A stretch of DNA of 64,000 nucleotides, from positions 252,665-316,664 of the IMG/VR virus record IMGVR_UViG_3300025133_009608, one strand, 5' to 3'. Position numbers and translations under genes: made by a program. Positions 35,401 through 43,702 of this stretch are shown here, in pieces; the stretch's first letter is position 1, and every line of letters starts with the position of its first letter. A model generated the notes under the pieces. That model made no database searches. It had not been told where the DNA came from and saw nothing but the letters and a program-made list of their open reading frames with translations.

Positions 35401-38400
35401 CCAACTCAATTCTTATAACCTGGGTGTCTTTATTTCTAAAGTCCAAAAGATTATCAATAACATTGCTAACAGCGCAGACACATCCTCGTATGGGGTACGG
35501 CCCCTCGTATGACGGATACTCCACCGCATCAATATGCTCTTCTTTCGTCTCGAAGATTAAAATATTTCCATCGGAATCCCTTACCGGCTTCACATTAAGC
35601 AGAATCTGCAGAGATTTATTATTATCAGAGATAGAAATTGCGGCCACACAATTAGAGTCCAAATCGGACATGTGATGGGATATATCTGTAGAATGTCCAA
35701 GCGCTTCGGGAAGGGAGAAGGTATCAACTCTTATGCTCGTATCGAGCCTAAGTGGGCCAAAATGAGAAAGGGCCGGTGGGCTTTTCTTTAGCCCAAACTC
35801 TCCGGACGAAACCTTCTCTAGTCCAGATTCGTCGTATACCATCTTGTAGTTCGATATAGAGACTCCATCTCCAGAGTAATCTATAGTCCCAACAGCGTTG
35901 GATATCTCGAATAATTCAAATTTATTTTTGAGGCTAAACGGATCCGTGGTTGTATTGTAATAAAACCTATCTTCTCCGATATCATCCAAGTTAATCGTTA
36001 AGGTTGCATCATTATTTATACCTGCCCACTCCGGACGAATCCATGCAGATAGCGTTCCCTCTTCTATTGAAATATTTGAATCGGAGGGTATTTTAACAAT
36101 ATTATCATCATTTATCATCAGCCCTGAGCCAAATCGACCCTCGGAGAAATCCAGAACACCGCTGTATTCAACTCCACCCGGAGATAAGTAGTCTCGCCCA
36201 AGAATCCAGTTTCCAAAATGAGACTCAGTTATCTCCGGCTCAATCAGTGTGAACGATTCTATCAATGATTTGAACGCCGGGACGGTCGGCCCAGATGTAA
36301 ATGCCTCTAGCGTCCCCAGTAGCGCGCTTCTATACGTTTCGCGGTCTGTCGACATAGAGAAGTCTTTGAAAAATGGTATATCAGTTAGGTTTCCGAAGTT
36401 TTTCCTCAGAGCATCCCTGAGCGCTCCGTATTTGTATGATACATAATAATCCTGCCCCTCGATCATCGCATTGGAGATGGACCAGTCAATTTGATTATCT
36501 CCATATTCATATGATACATAGATATCGTCAGCAACATACGAGTAATCTAAAAAGATCTTCCCGTACCTATAATCCACAATGAGACTATCTCCGGGCTCGG
36601 GGATGTTGCTATCGATATAAGATATATCTACCATATCTCCATTTGCAACGGCGGCATCCGACGGAATTAATATCTCCATTCTATCTTCATAGATGTCTAC
36701 AGTGGCTTTTACAATGATCTTCGCGCCCGCTCCTACTGTCGGCTCTTGCGCCTCTACGTTATTTACTGCAGGAGAGAAGACGTCAAGCGTTGATGTCAGG
36801 CTGTCAAAGTTATTTATTTCGAACCTATTTCCATCCGAATCAAGCAGAAAATCTTCTAGGTTATCTATTGATGAATTTATGCTTCCGCTCCTAATCCCGG
36901 CCGAGGCTGTGCCATCGAAAGAATTGGAGAAAACTATTTCAACATCGTCGATTTTTGTTACATTTAGCTTCTCATCAAACAGCTCCTCTCCCGTTTTGGA
37001 CAAGGTTATTGATAATAGTTTGCTAATATTTGAATCTTTTACCGTTATACTATAAGTCCCATCTTTTTCTATCAGGTAGCGACTATCATGCCTCTTTAGA
37101 TCGATAACATTGGCGTCGATCTTCATATGTGAGGCGTTATAAATATTTCCGCCGCCGTCCGAAACAAAGGAGGTTAACAAGGAAGCATCGAGGGCCGATT
37201 TTCTTTTGGATCTGTACCTGCTATCAAGGCTAGCGCCTACAACTGATTCTTTTAAGTAAATTCCATTTATCTGTCTTATATCGGACATCATGGCAACCGT
37301 ATAGTCGCCGAGAACAGTTGCAGCAGAAACCGCCTCCCCGTGAGAGTTAAATGTACTTCCAATCTCCGGAGACTCAAATGATGGCTCTAGATCTATTAGT
37401 GATATACTATTGGAATCAAGAGAGAAATCTTCATATATTACGGCTGCATTTTTAATCGAATCAGAAGCTCTGTTTTTCTTTGCGATCTGATCCGAGCTTA
37501 ATAGGTTGGGGTTTTTGGTTATAATCTTTGAGCAACTATATTTTGCCGTTCCAAGCGCGAGGGGGTCCTGGCTCTTATTGATTCCAAGATATACAACTCC
37601 ATGCGCATAATCAACAACATAGTCTCCAACGCGAGTTATCCTGGATAAATTCTCAAAAAATTTATCGCCGCGCTTAGACAAAACCGACGATACAAACCCC
37701 GATCTTGATGCCTCGTTGATGTCGTAATCAGATGAAAGCGGAGAAAAGAACCTCTCTTCTATAAATACATCATCTTTGGAAAAAGATAATGATGAATTAA
37801 AAAAGACACCCATGGCGTCAAGCTCTTTATTTAAAATGCCAATATTTGAAAGAGCCATGGAAATAACTCTTGGCCCAATAATCACTTCCGAGCCCAGCAT
37901 GGGGGTCGACAAGGAGTTGGATATTCCAACAGAGTTTATCACGCCCTCTGAGTCGGGGGAGCCAAAAAACTGAATCGGCAGATCGTCCGAATCGGACTCC
38001 CCTCTTATAAAGTATTCTTTTGAGTTCTCGTCGATCAGCTCTGCCGGGATGCCCGGCTTGATCTTAATGTTACTATTTGAACCTCCAGATACAACCGTAG
38101 TCTTAAATGCCGGAGAGACAAACTCTTCGAATGGCTCGATTTTTTCTGCATCAACCTTTAGGAACTCTGCCATTTCTGATTTTTTAGACTCAAACTTTGG
38201 AGGAGTTCGGCCAGTGAAATGGATTTCCGTATCGGTAGTGTATAGTTTTTTATATACTTCTCCCGTTGTTTGGTTTACAATTCTAAATACATTTGTTATC
38301 GGCTGATGCGCCGTCTCTACCGAGAAAGACGACGTAAAGTTGTTTTCCACATGCTCGGCCGAGACCTCCTCGTGACATGGAGCTCTATAATCATCTCCCT

Positions 38401-39856
38401 CTGAAAATACCTCTCCGTAAGAGAATTCTATTTTCACCTCTTGGCCGCCGAGATCTCTCACCTTGCTGGCGACAACATCTCCTCCATCAACATAATAGTC
38501 TAAATTATTCTCAAATACGTCTCTATAGTAATATTGCGCAGCGAGGCTTTTAGACCCAGTTCCAGATACCCCGTCTCCAACGATTATTACCTCTCCGGTT
38601 TCGTAATTTATCGAGTACTCGCCCTCCAGCATCGGGAGTCTTGATGTATTAAACTTTAGTTCTTTTAAAAATGCACTTGGAAGCCCCGGCTCTCCGGATG
38701 AATGTGAAAATGCAACCCCGCCAATCTCGGCAACTTCGTTATTAGAAAAAACAATCGGAGCATTAGACAAAAAGAATCTAGAAATATTGGTTGGAATCGA
38801 TTCCTTTGCCACATGTTTTACGTTAAATACACTAACTGAATCTTCCGACACCTCAATTCCAAAGTCATTAAACGCATAAGAGATTATTAACTTATCGCCG
38901 GGTCGTGGCTTGTCTATATTTCCAAACTCAGATATTAAAATTTGATTTGATTTCAACTCAAAGTAAGAAAGAGAATGTTCTCGATCATATTTATTATCCA
39001 GTATGGAGTACTTATATCTTTCTATATTATAATCTGTTCCTATTTCATTATTGCAATCATAAATATCATTTTCCTTTATGAGCGCTAGGGACAATAATTT
39101 TATTATATTCTTATTTGCAAGACTAATTAAATATCCATCAAATTCGCCATCACTTGTATCTTCACTAATGTCTACGCTTACCACTCGCCTGCGGAGCGAC
39201 ACTGGGCCGCTTGATGGCATAGCCCCCTCCCTCGCCTCTCCGCCAGAAGACAGGTCTATTGCTCCGAATCTCGACGGAAAGCCTTCGGGAATCTTCGAAA
39301 CCCTATCCACACTATACGATCCTTCGTTTCCAAGGCGGTCTGTGGCGCCCGCGCCTCTTGTTCTTAGCTCGTTAATTACAGTTTCTGATATGTAGTTGTC
39401 GCTTAACACCTCTCCGATGTGCTTTTGGGCCTTATATATTTCATCAGCTTGGGAGCTAACTATATCTTTTATTAATGTATTTTCTAGGCTATATAGATGC
39501 GGAACTTCTTCGAAAATTCTATCGCGAATCGGATTATATGAGTCAATTCCTATAAAAAAGATCTCTCTTGAGTTATCATCATTTATTAAAGACGCGCCCC
39601 TCTCTGAAGAAAATGGAGAGTCGTCAGTATCAATCATTTTAAGTAAATAAAAGTTTCCAGAAACCTGTGGTCTGGTTTTTATCTCTATGCTCTTATCTTT
39701 TACCGATACACTCAATATCTCCAGGTCATCTATATTCCCGCCCAGGGATGTTATCGTAAAGTTACTGGCTGAAATCTTGTCGGATACGTTGTCGGTGAAT
39801 ACGATCTTTATCCCAGTACTAGATGTAACCGTAAAATGAGTTGGTCTTAATAACAT
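29438..39856 (-). CDS. Giant baseplate wedge protein (P2 gpI/T4 gp7-like core) with LamG/ConA-like and other inserted domains
   Basis: Follows baseplate J. DRETYRSALL...GPT...FKSLIESFT and C-terminal LVNRLKPAHSNALVKF; LamG fragments EGTLSAWIRP, HHVAASW, LFLDG, GVIDEFKI, GSIELWVSP, WHRIICTY, MFVDG and IDNIRFS. Confidence 0.75.
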   Translation of the reverse strand: MLLRPTHFTVTSSTGIKIVFTDNVSDKISASNFTITSLGGNIDDLEILSVSVKDKSIEIKTRPQVSGNFYLLKMIDTDDSPFSSERGASLINDDNSREIFFIGIDSYNPIRDRIFEEVPHLYSLENTLIKDIVSSQADEIYKAQKHIGEVLSDNYISETVINELRTRGAGATDRLGNEGSYSVDRVSKIPEGFPSRFGAIDLSSGGEAREGAMPSSGPVSLRRRVVSVDISEDTSDGEFDGYLISLANKNIIKLLSLALIKENDIYDCNNEIGTDYNIERYKYSILDNKYDREHSLSYFELKSNQILISEFGNIDKPRPGDKLIISYAFNDFGIEVSEDSVSVFNVKHVAKESIPTNISRFFLSNAPIVFSNNEVAEIGGVAFSHSSGEPGLPSAFLKELKFNTSRLPMLEGEYSINYETGEVIIVGDGVSGTGSKSLAAQYYYRDVFENNLDYYVDGGDVVASKVRDLGGQEVKIEFSYGEVFSEGDDYRAPCHEEVSAEHVENNFTSSFSVETAHQPITNVFRIVNQTTGEVYKKLYTTDTEIHFTGRTPPKFESKKSEMAEFLKVDAEKIEPFEEFVSPAFKTTVVSGGSNSNIKIKPGIPAELIDENSKEYFIRGESDSDDLPIQFFGSPDSEGVINSVGISNSLSTPMLGSEVIIGPRVISMALSNIGILNKELDAMGVFFNSSLSFSKDDVFIEERFFSPLSSDYDINEASRSGFVSSVLSKRGDKFFENLSRITRVGDYVVDYAHGVVYLGINKSQDPLALGTAKYSCSKIITKNPNLLSSDQIAKKNRASDSIKNAAVIYEDFSLDSNSISLIDLEPSFESPEIGSTFNSHGEAVSAATVLGDYTVAMMSDIRQINGIYLKESVVGASLDSRYRSKRKSALDASLLTSFVSDGGGNIYNASHMKIDANVIDLKRHDSRYLIEKDGTYSITVKDSNISKLLSITLSKTGEELFDEKLNVTKIDDVEIVFSNSFDGTASAGIRSGSINSSIDNLEDFLLDSDGNRFEINNFDSLTSTLDVFSPAVNNVEAQEPTVGAGAKIIVKATVDIYEDRMEILIPSDAAVANGDMVDISYIDSNIPEPGDSLIVDYRYGKIFLDYSYVADDIYVSYEYGDNQIDWSISNAMIEGQDYYVSYKYGALRDALRKNFGNLTDIPFFKDFSMSTDRETYRSALLGTLEAFTSGPTVPAFKSLIESFTLIEPEITESHFGNWILGRDYLSPGGVEYSGVLDFSEGRFGSGLMINDDNIVKIPSDSNISIEEGTLSAWIRPEWAGINNDATLTINLDDIGEDRFYYNTTTDPFSLKNKFELFEISNAVGTIDYSGDGVSISNYKMVYDESGLEKVSSGEFGLKKSPPALSHFGPLRLDTSIRVDTFSLPEALGHSTDISHHMSDLDSNCVAAISISDNNKSLQILLNVKPVRDSDGNILIFETKEEHIDAVEYPSYEGPYPIRGCVCAVSNVIDNLLDFRNKDTQVIRIELDHEIDLSSFLNKNFLIDESPSVLQIVDSNGGIYEVYAFLDLAGRTVRGGIPTKIGGFIIERIPGNMQHLSAAGSKALNDYLPIGRLRVVAQSVSIPLATSALSEEIFNFENMDYLLDWSSGHVNVTTDHNPLDNVVSVLLKTHLNAGKKAQVLYSDLMSHSDSSFGHGISISAPDSMCQSVFNIGKYNYSIKNRFGLEDIFIGKTARNPMRMPFSVNKDDFPLVSSGLPHNADVSEGIFIGFDETCESPLSEDAGQWVIRSRIDKNVVIPSGAFPIYDDFSLEFSNPPAELSSFFAAGLVKYINVFGIHIFSTSLASSEKVLHVANVLAQLLDNDEDGHPDNKLVIQNLTERNSYIIVSEDRGDFDSLESRIWEDKEFNTGIVIYSNDISDEAVDPTTRMVWSLIGDVGYSNTYPDKFGLFVGSELTTAMNTARGGYYPIVPAVYPISSWYHDDNKNCDFECQISKYLYWGISSLLGEYSENEDLISEEWEITSKDQLMATDPALYSLVINSDFGFPSILPDGSYKVDRAVRSFQNTFEEIHSNYGISGKVTTNGEFSSVLRARRSEDENGCRIGAVCSSELRYCGDGLIEESGWRNIRETQSELINVITGGSSLESIPWAKVGDFSTNESGGIYRMSGGGLSGGDELIYSSLPCSGGEYSASVFFRANYIDQAGGSEFDGAISGTFSGMIPIEIGDGSISIKIALAHANFGTPLAVIMDGVDNSILDIVYLDWISNEFIGLSVDKDLDGNITISADSTILSRLAGSDFNDANLDDCDLLSEPYIAIRWLDSSVFEPASERSSSLDLSLVSFEGRHEERVSTLESNDIFINTDSKVLFSFFAGEPALFVDGYADGYIDGYADGYLSGPDYDVDEIYLNSDRFRYIYDTGEDERHGRVSLFKDGKGFLNFRIKESKSSSESGVFNIATNIKNFRPGELHHVAASWRLNTLNEQDEMHLFLDGLEAPNLYRFGGSAKIKINDKFSDIGQEVLHGFAIDNILFSDIYEDGTVSAGSSSLYSGDAGFSSDMVGRSIIIRSSGMAPTMVGEELIIGSVIDSSRVTIVSGINLNPVVFNTSASDIRFSFAPTAGIKSRIKTDLKNEKFSIYRKTCNGEEMELGGVLYSVDSGAINIISGDEIIKPSFRANVSDRTIEFVGGNVDCKSTDTIEYSDLDIHIRTFGLVLGRLKEGIWLSGSSYYSDSGFDIEKYSGKSILKTHSTPPIDLDDISMRRVVLDRMIPAIDSYETGPWGSSVDFEISLDSELGHNLLTSESGRISTQNLGRNLTLRFDSDNVIFCDDRDGYIDGYGASLGDSFIDVFGDTTDGVGVERVILRENGSVELSKTFLNVSRIAGSLGVADIDYEPCVVELVETDLITESVNGGETAEFESYRAGLFNITTAGTGGTVPFELHPGKYELDYPTRLKVSVPRIGKDSFIGTDIRGEGQFGGVIDEFKIISEMSQDTRPVATGRAGVRSITGEFNDPNRSCPDRQTLALIHFENPIELQRRRLRLKEFLNEETNFKFKLNTEQIALLLAHINNEATFVDNMMRIGFSKEDSRATYLESHAAAGGPIFNDATYYPGIGSSDISGVSVNSAFGESARFINSPPLILNNKDSYFRRDEGSIELWVSPAMDTEADDEDRYYIDIASSAMARVSASSPTSIRLPSAASKIIGIRLMRKTKEFSEFYTQEEADAILFDEIHRSQISGRLAGGTGTDKDFSVGAILSPNGREVSLREALPGHDVDVVVSYVPLEFSGDRISIYKSKFGQIVFSITASGIENAVKTNINWTKNTWHRIICTYKANSSRDNMTMFVDGIEGGTITYGTNLTYNGGITYGQQLSSRGTIASNNYKIKIVDDFRTIGVGGDILGGRSAYSRIDNIRFSRVARHIPRDIYGNYIDINYSENKESIYPIIEDDMTTAIINFTKVMADDENFASIIDPERGIYNFDIEILDDLGRITDEKTEDLIIELVNRLKPAHSNALVKFPRNHC
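32811..32854. repeat. Two identical 20-bp copies (period 24 bp) encoding DGYADGYIDGYADGY
   Basis: tagccatcggcgtaaccatc at 32811-32830 and 32835-32854. Confidence 0.9.
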
Positions 39857-39858
39857 TT

Positions 39859-42800
39859 TTAACTTATCCTAAATTCTTCTCGTAAAACTGCCTCAAAAAG
39901 TATTAATCCGGGAGAGATGTACTGATTATCTAGAGCTTTAATAAATGATTTTCTTCCGCCAAGTCCAGACTCATTAAACATAGATATATCAACTGAGTCG
40001 ACACCCTTAACGGAGGCCGCAGAAGATATAAGATCACTGTAATCAACCACGGACCCGAGTCTCGAAGAATTTAACGTGTTAGTTATATTGTTCGAAACAT
40101 CCTCGATTATGGAATTTACATTAAGTATATAATCTTCATTAATCATTATAGTTCCAGATACATCTATAGATAACTCTTCTGCAGACTTTACGAGAACATC
40201 TGCCGTTATTGGCCTAACACTTTCGATTGCATTAGTTGCAGAAGATATTACGTCATTAACATTATAAGATATAGTTATTCTCTCCCCCTCCTTGGGGGCT
40301 ACAAAAGAGTAATCTGCATAATATATATCATTGCTTCCCGGCTGGCTCATGGAATCTATCAAAATAGATCCGGAAAGCAATCCAGTCGAGGCTCTAAATC
40401 CAGATGATACAGATACTCTGTTTATTAATCCAAATCTTTTATTTGTAATGCTACTGCCAGACCCTGAAAAATATAGCTCTTCGACATCTTGGTCATTATA
40501 AACCAAGACGCTAACCCTAATAATATCGCCTGAAATCGCCGTAACACTAGAGTTATTTGGAGTGGATGGCAGGCTCACGTTGTACGCCTCAAGAGACGGC
40601 GCATAGAAAGATTTTTTAGGACTATATTTCGCACTCAACAGGCCCGCCCCGGCAATATCATATTTTAACCTGAGAGTCATGTTAGAGGACAACAGCTGTG
40701 CCGAATCAATTCTGGCGATGCCCACTCCATTCGGAATTGTTCCCCCAAAGAAGCTTTCGAGCTCTGATTTTAAAGATATTGTCAGGCCGTCAATTGATAG
40801 CCCTGCGGTTAAATCTAGATCAAATCTTGTCAGGGTTTCTCCTGCGATCTTGATCTTTCCCGGAGAGCCTGCACCAATCACCGAGACGGCTAGTTGTGCT
40901 GGCCCAAATCTCGAAACACCTCCGGAGGCGTGGTCAAAAAATATTGGCTGCATACCCTGGGCACTATCAGACGTTACAGAAGAAAATAGAGAGTTAGAAA
41001 CGTCAGAGCCGAGGATCGGCAGCGCCTCCAGGGACACTTCGCCAATAATATTTGGAATTTCTGCAACGTATTTTACAAAAATATCCGAACCCAACTGCTC
41101 CGTCTCGTCTACGAGGTCTAATACCTGCGCCTCCGATAATATGTCCTCGGAAGGAAGAGTTATTGAGTTTAGGCCGAACGATCCATTGCCGCCCTCGATG
41201 TCAAATAACTCTACCTTGTTAAAGAACGCAGTCACAGCCTCTCCGGCGACTGCCGGAGAATCCGATGGCAAATATATGATGTTAGATGCAAACCCGCCAT
41301 CTGAAGCTTTTGTATTATAAACTTCGACCCCAGTCGAGGTAATCACCGACTCAACATTTTTTATGTCGGGGTATTCTCCGCCAAGATCTATCCCGATTGC
41401 CCCCAAGACTCCATCTCTTGGGACGCCCCCTATGGCTCCGTCTATTGTGGATACTGAGTAAACAGAAACCACCCTACTTATTTGCTGCTCGGTGGAAACT
41501 ATATACTCTATGCCATCGCTGGTCTTTTCTATTATTGCGGATTCTTTATAGATTCCATTGCTTAGCGCCCAATCTATGACGTCAGACTTTGAATCATCGA
41601 ATAAGCTGCGCTCATTATCAACATGATCATAATCGATATACTTATCGAATCTTTTTCTCCATGTATACGCCGCCTCAAGAATGTCCGATGAGCTTGGAAG
41701 GCTCCGGCCTTCGATTCTTATTAGCCCGGTCTCCGATCCGCCGCCAGACAAGCTGTTGCTGCGGCCCACCACATAGGTCTCACCCGTTGTTTTATTTTTT
41801 ATAGAAGAAACGCTAGTAACTGGAAAGTGATTTAATTGGATATAATCTCTTCCAGATATAGATATAGATGAGTTTTCTCCTATTATTCTAATATCCTGGT
41901 ATACGCTGCCCATATCGGACATATCGGTATATCTCAGAGCATCAGCACTATTCAGACTTGGCTTTGAAACTATTTCCCCAAGAACCTCTTTCTCTCCGGA
42001 TATAAAATGAATCGAATCGAATCCAAACGGGCTTCCGCCTGTTTCTGGGTTCAGATCTTTCACTAATCTATAATTTCCAGAGGACACCCCATTCTCATCG
42101 GTAGATTCTTCCGCGAAGACCCCCGACTGGCTTCCTACAATAGAGACTATCGAATCGACCGGCTGAAATGGAAGGTTTCCGTTTTTAAATGCCAAAACTC
42201 TACGCTCCGATGCAGTCCTTGTTGGGTCTTGCCCGGCTTGCCCGAGAATTACATCATTTCTTTCATCACTAGCTCCGCCACTACCCGATAGATCTGTATA
42301 TATAAATGACTCTGAAGATTCCACTATATTTTTTCCGAGAATGTATACATCGACTTTTCCGCCAGTTCCAGAAGATAAAATTCGACTCTCACCGCCGTCT
42401 AATTCTATAGTTTCTGTTCCGTCTCTCGACATGAGTGTATCTCCCGGCTCCACAACTATCGCGTCCAGAACTCCCGGAGAGCTGAGCGCTGCGCTTCTAT
42501 ACCCAGAAGATGTTCCGGTATTTGAACCTCCAAATATAGACAAAATCCTTGCACGAAAAGAGGAGTCAACCTCTACGTTTGATCCTCCAAATAGCGAGGT
42601 TAAATTTACAACATTAACTCCGGATCCAACATTTGATTCTATAATCTGAAGAGATGCAACATTTCCGGCAGTACCGGGGCGTGTTGCCTGAACTGGAACT
42701 TCAATCGCATATTTACTATTTATTCCCGCTATATTTAGTGACTTTCTAAGCCTATTTGCCGTTGCTGCGAACCTTCCCTTCTCAAATGGGGTCATTGCAT

Positions 42801-43167
42801 AATTGCCGATTACAGAAAACGAAACGCCATTTCTAGATCTAACGGTCGTTCCAGATGGAATTAGGATATCAGTAGAAATCGAATTTGTAGCAAAAATAAC
42901 GACCCCAGATGCTAACGCTCCGGCCGCTCTTGTTATCCCAAAATTTGATGCAAGCATATCCAAATCCGCACCAGAGGTTGAGGCCAAAGATTGTTTTTCA
43001 GATATTGCCGCCAGCGTTCTATATAGCCGATCAATTTGGTCCGCCTGAATATCTACAAACAAATCCCTAGATACAGATCCGGGCTTGGTATCAAGATTTG
43101 GCTGAACCAATCTTAATCTTTCCAACATCGTTGCTACTACTTCGCTAAATGTTCTAAATGATGCCAT
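39859..43167 (-). CDS. Baseplate J-like wedge protein (T4 gp6/P2 gpJ) with a large central insertion
   Basis: PGSVSRDL, SGADLDMLASNFGITR, ASGVVIF, IPSGTTV, GGSNVE.DSSFRAR and GGKVDVYI; lies after gp25. Confidence 0.9.
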   Translation of the reverse strand: MASFRTFSEVVATMLERLRLVQPNLDTKPGSVSRDLFVDIQADQIDRLYRTLAAISEKQSLASTSGADLDMLASNFGITRAAGALASGVVIFATNSISTDILIPSGTTVRSRNGVSFSVIGNYAMTPFEKGRFAATANRLRKSLNIAGINSKYAIEVPVQATRPGTAGNVASLQIIESNVGSGVNVVNLTSLFGGSNVEVDSSFRARILSIFGGSNTGTSSGYRSAALSSPGVLDAIVVEPGDTLMSRDGTETIELDGGESRILSSGTGGKVDVYILGKNIVESSESFIYTDLSGSGGASDERNDVILGQAGQDPTRTASERRVLAFKNGNLPFQPVDSIVSIVGSQSGVFAEESTDENGVSSGNYRLVKDLNPETGGSPFGFDSIHFISGEKEVLGEIVSKPSLNSADALRYTDMSDMGSVYQDIRIIGENSSISISGRDYIQLNHFPVTSVSSIKNKTTGETYVVGRSNSLSGGGSETGLIRIEGRSLPSSSDILEAAYTWRKRFDKYIDYDHVDNERSLFDDSKSDVIDWALSNGIYKESAIIEKTSDGIEYIVSTEQQISRVVSVYSVSTIDGAIGGVPRDGVLGAIGIDLGGEYPDIKNVESVITSTGVEVYNTKASDGGFASNIIYLPSDSPAVAGEAVTAFFNKVELFDIEGGNGSFGLNSITLPSEDILSEAQVLDLVDETEQLGSDIFVKYVAEIPNIIGEVSLEALPILGSDVSNSLFSSVTSDSAQGMQPIFFDHASGGVSRFGPAQLAVSVIGAGSPGKIKIAGETLTRFDLDLTAGLSIDGLTISLKSELESFFGGTIPNGVGIARIDSAQLLSSNMTLRLKYDIAGAGLLSAKYSPKKSFYAPSLEAYNVSLPSTPNNSSVTAISGDIIRVSVLVYNDQDVEELYFSGSGSSITNKRFGLINRVSVSSGFRASTGLLSGSILIDSMSQPGSNDIYYADYSFVAPKEGERITISYNVNDVISSATNAIESVRPITADVLVKSAEELSIDVSGTIMINEDYILNVNSIIEDVSNNITNTLNSSRLGSVVDYSDLISSAASVKGVDSVDISMFNESGLGGRKSFIKALDNQYISPGLILFEAVLREEFRIS

Positions 43168-43176
43168 CTTTAATTC

Positions 43177-43608
43177 CTATGTTAACCTTACGGTTATAAA
43201 CTCACTAACCTCTGTTAGCTCTCTGGTAATAACTGAAATGGATATATTATATAATCTTGGGTCATCAAGGTCCCTGCCTACGTTAACATTTCTAATTTCA
43301 ACTATTGCCTCGCCTGGAGATAAAAATTGCCGCCTCTCTTGTGCTCTTTGCATTGCAATTAGAGTTTTAATAGCTGATTTTGCCGATGCTATTATTTCCA
43401 TGGACATCATATTTTCATCAGTATAGTGACCTACCCTTAGCGCGCCAATTATGCTACCATAATTTCTATGATATTTTACGCTGCCCTTTTGGGTTAATAA
43501 TATCTTTATAAGATCTTGCTTTAACTTAGAGTTTTCAGCAACAGTATCTACCCCACCCCCCGCTACAAGCCTTAGATCTCCATTCTGTATCTTAAGATCG
43601 AACGACAT
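43177..43608 (-). CDS. Baseplate wedge subunit, gp25/gpW-like
   Basis: NGDL, KLKQDLIKILLT.KGS...H..YGS; size and position before baseplate J fit. Confidence 0.85.
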   Translation of the reverse strand: MSFDLKIQNGDLRLVAGGGVDTVAENSKLKQDLIKILLTQKGSVKYHRNYGSIIGALRVGHYTDENMMSMEIIASAKSAIKTLIAMQRAQERRQFLSPGEAIVEIRNVNVGRDLDDPRLYNISISVITRELTEVSEFITVRLT

Positions 43609-43639
43609 TTATATTCCTATTAAATTAAACAATTAAACT

Positions 43640-43664
43640 TCGATATTTAAGTAAAAAATAATAG
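43640..43664 (-). promoter_or_regulatory. Candidate phage promoter CTATT-N12-AATATCGA
   Basis: Minus strand reads CTATTATTTTTTACTTAAATATCGA upstream of gp25. Confidence 0.55.
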
Positions 43665-43702
43665 AAAAACTACTATCGCTGCAAAGCCCCAGCAAAGGCG
43701 GC

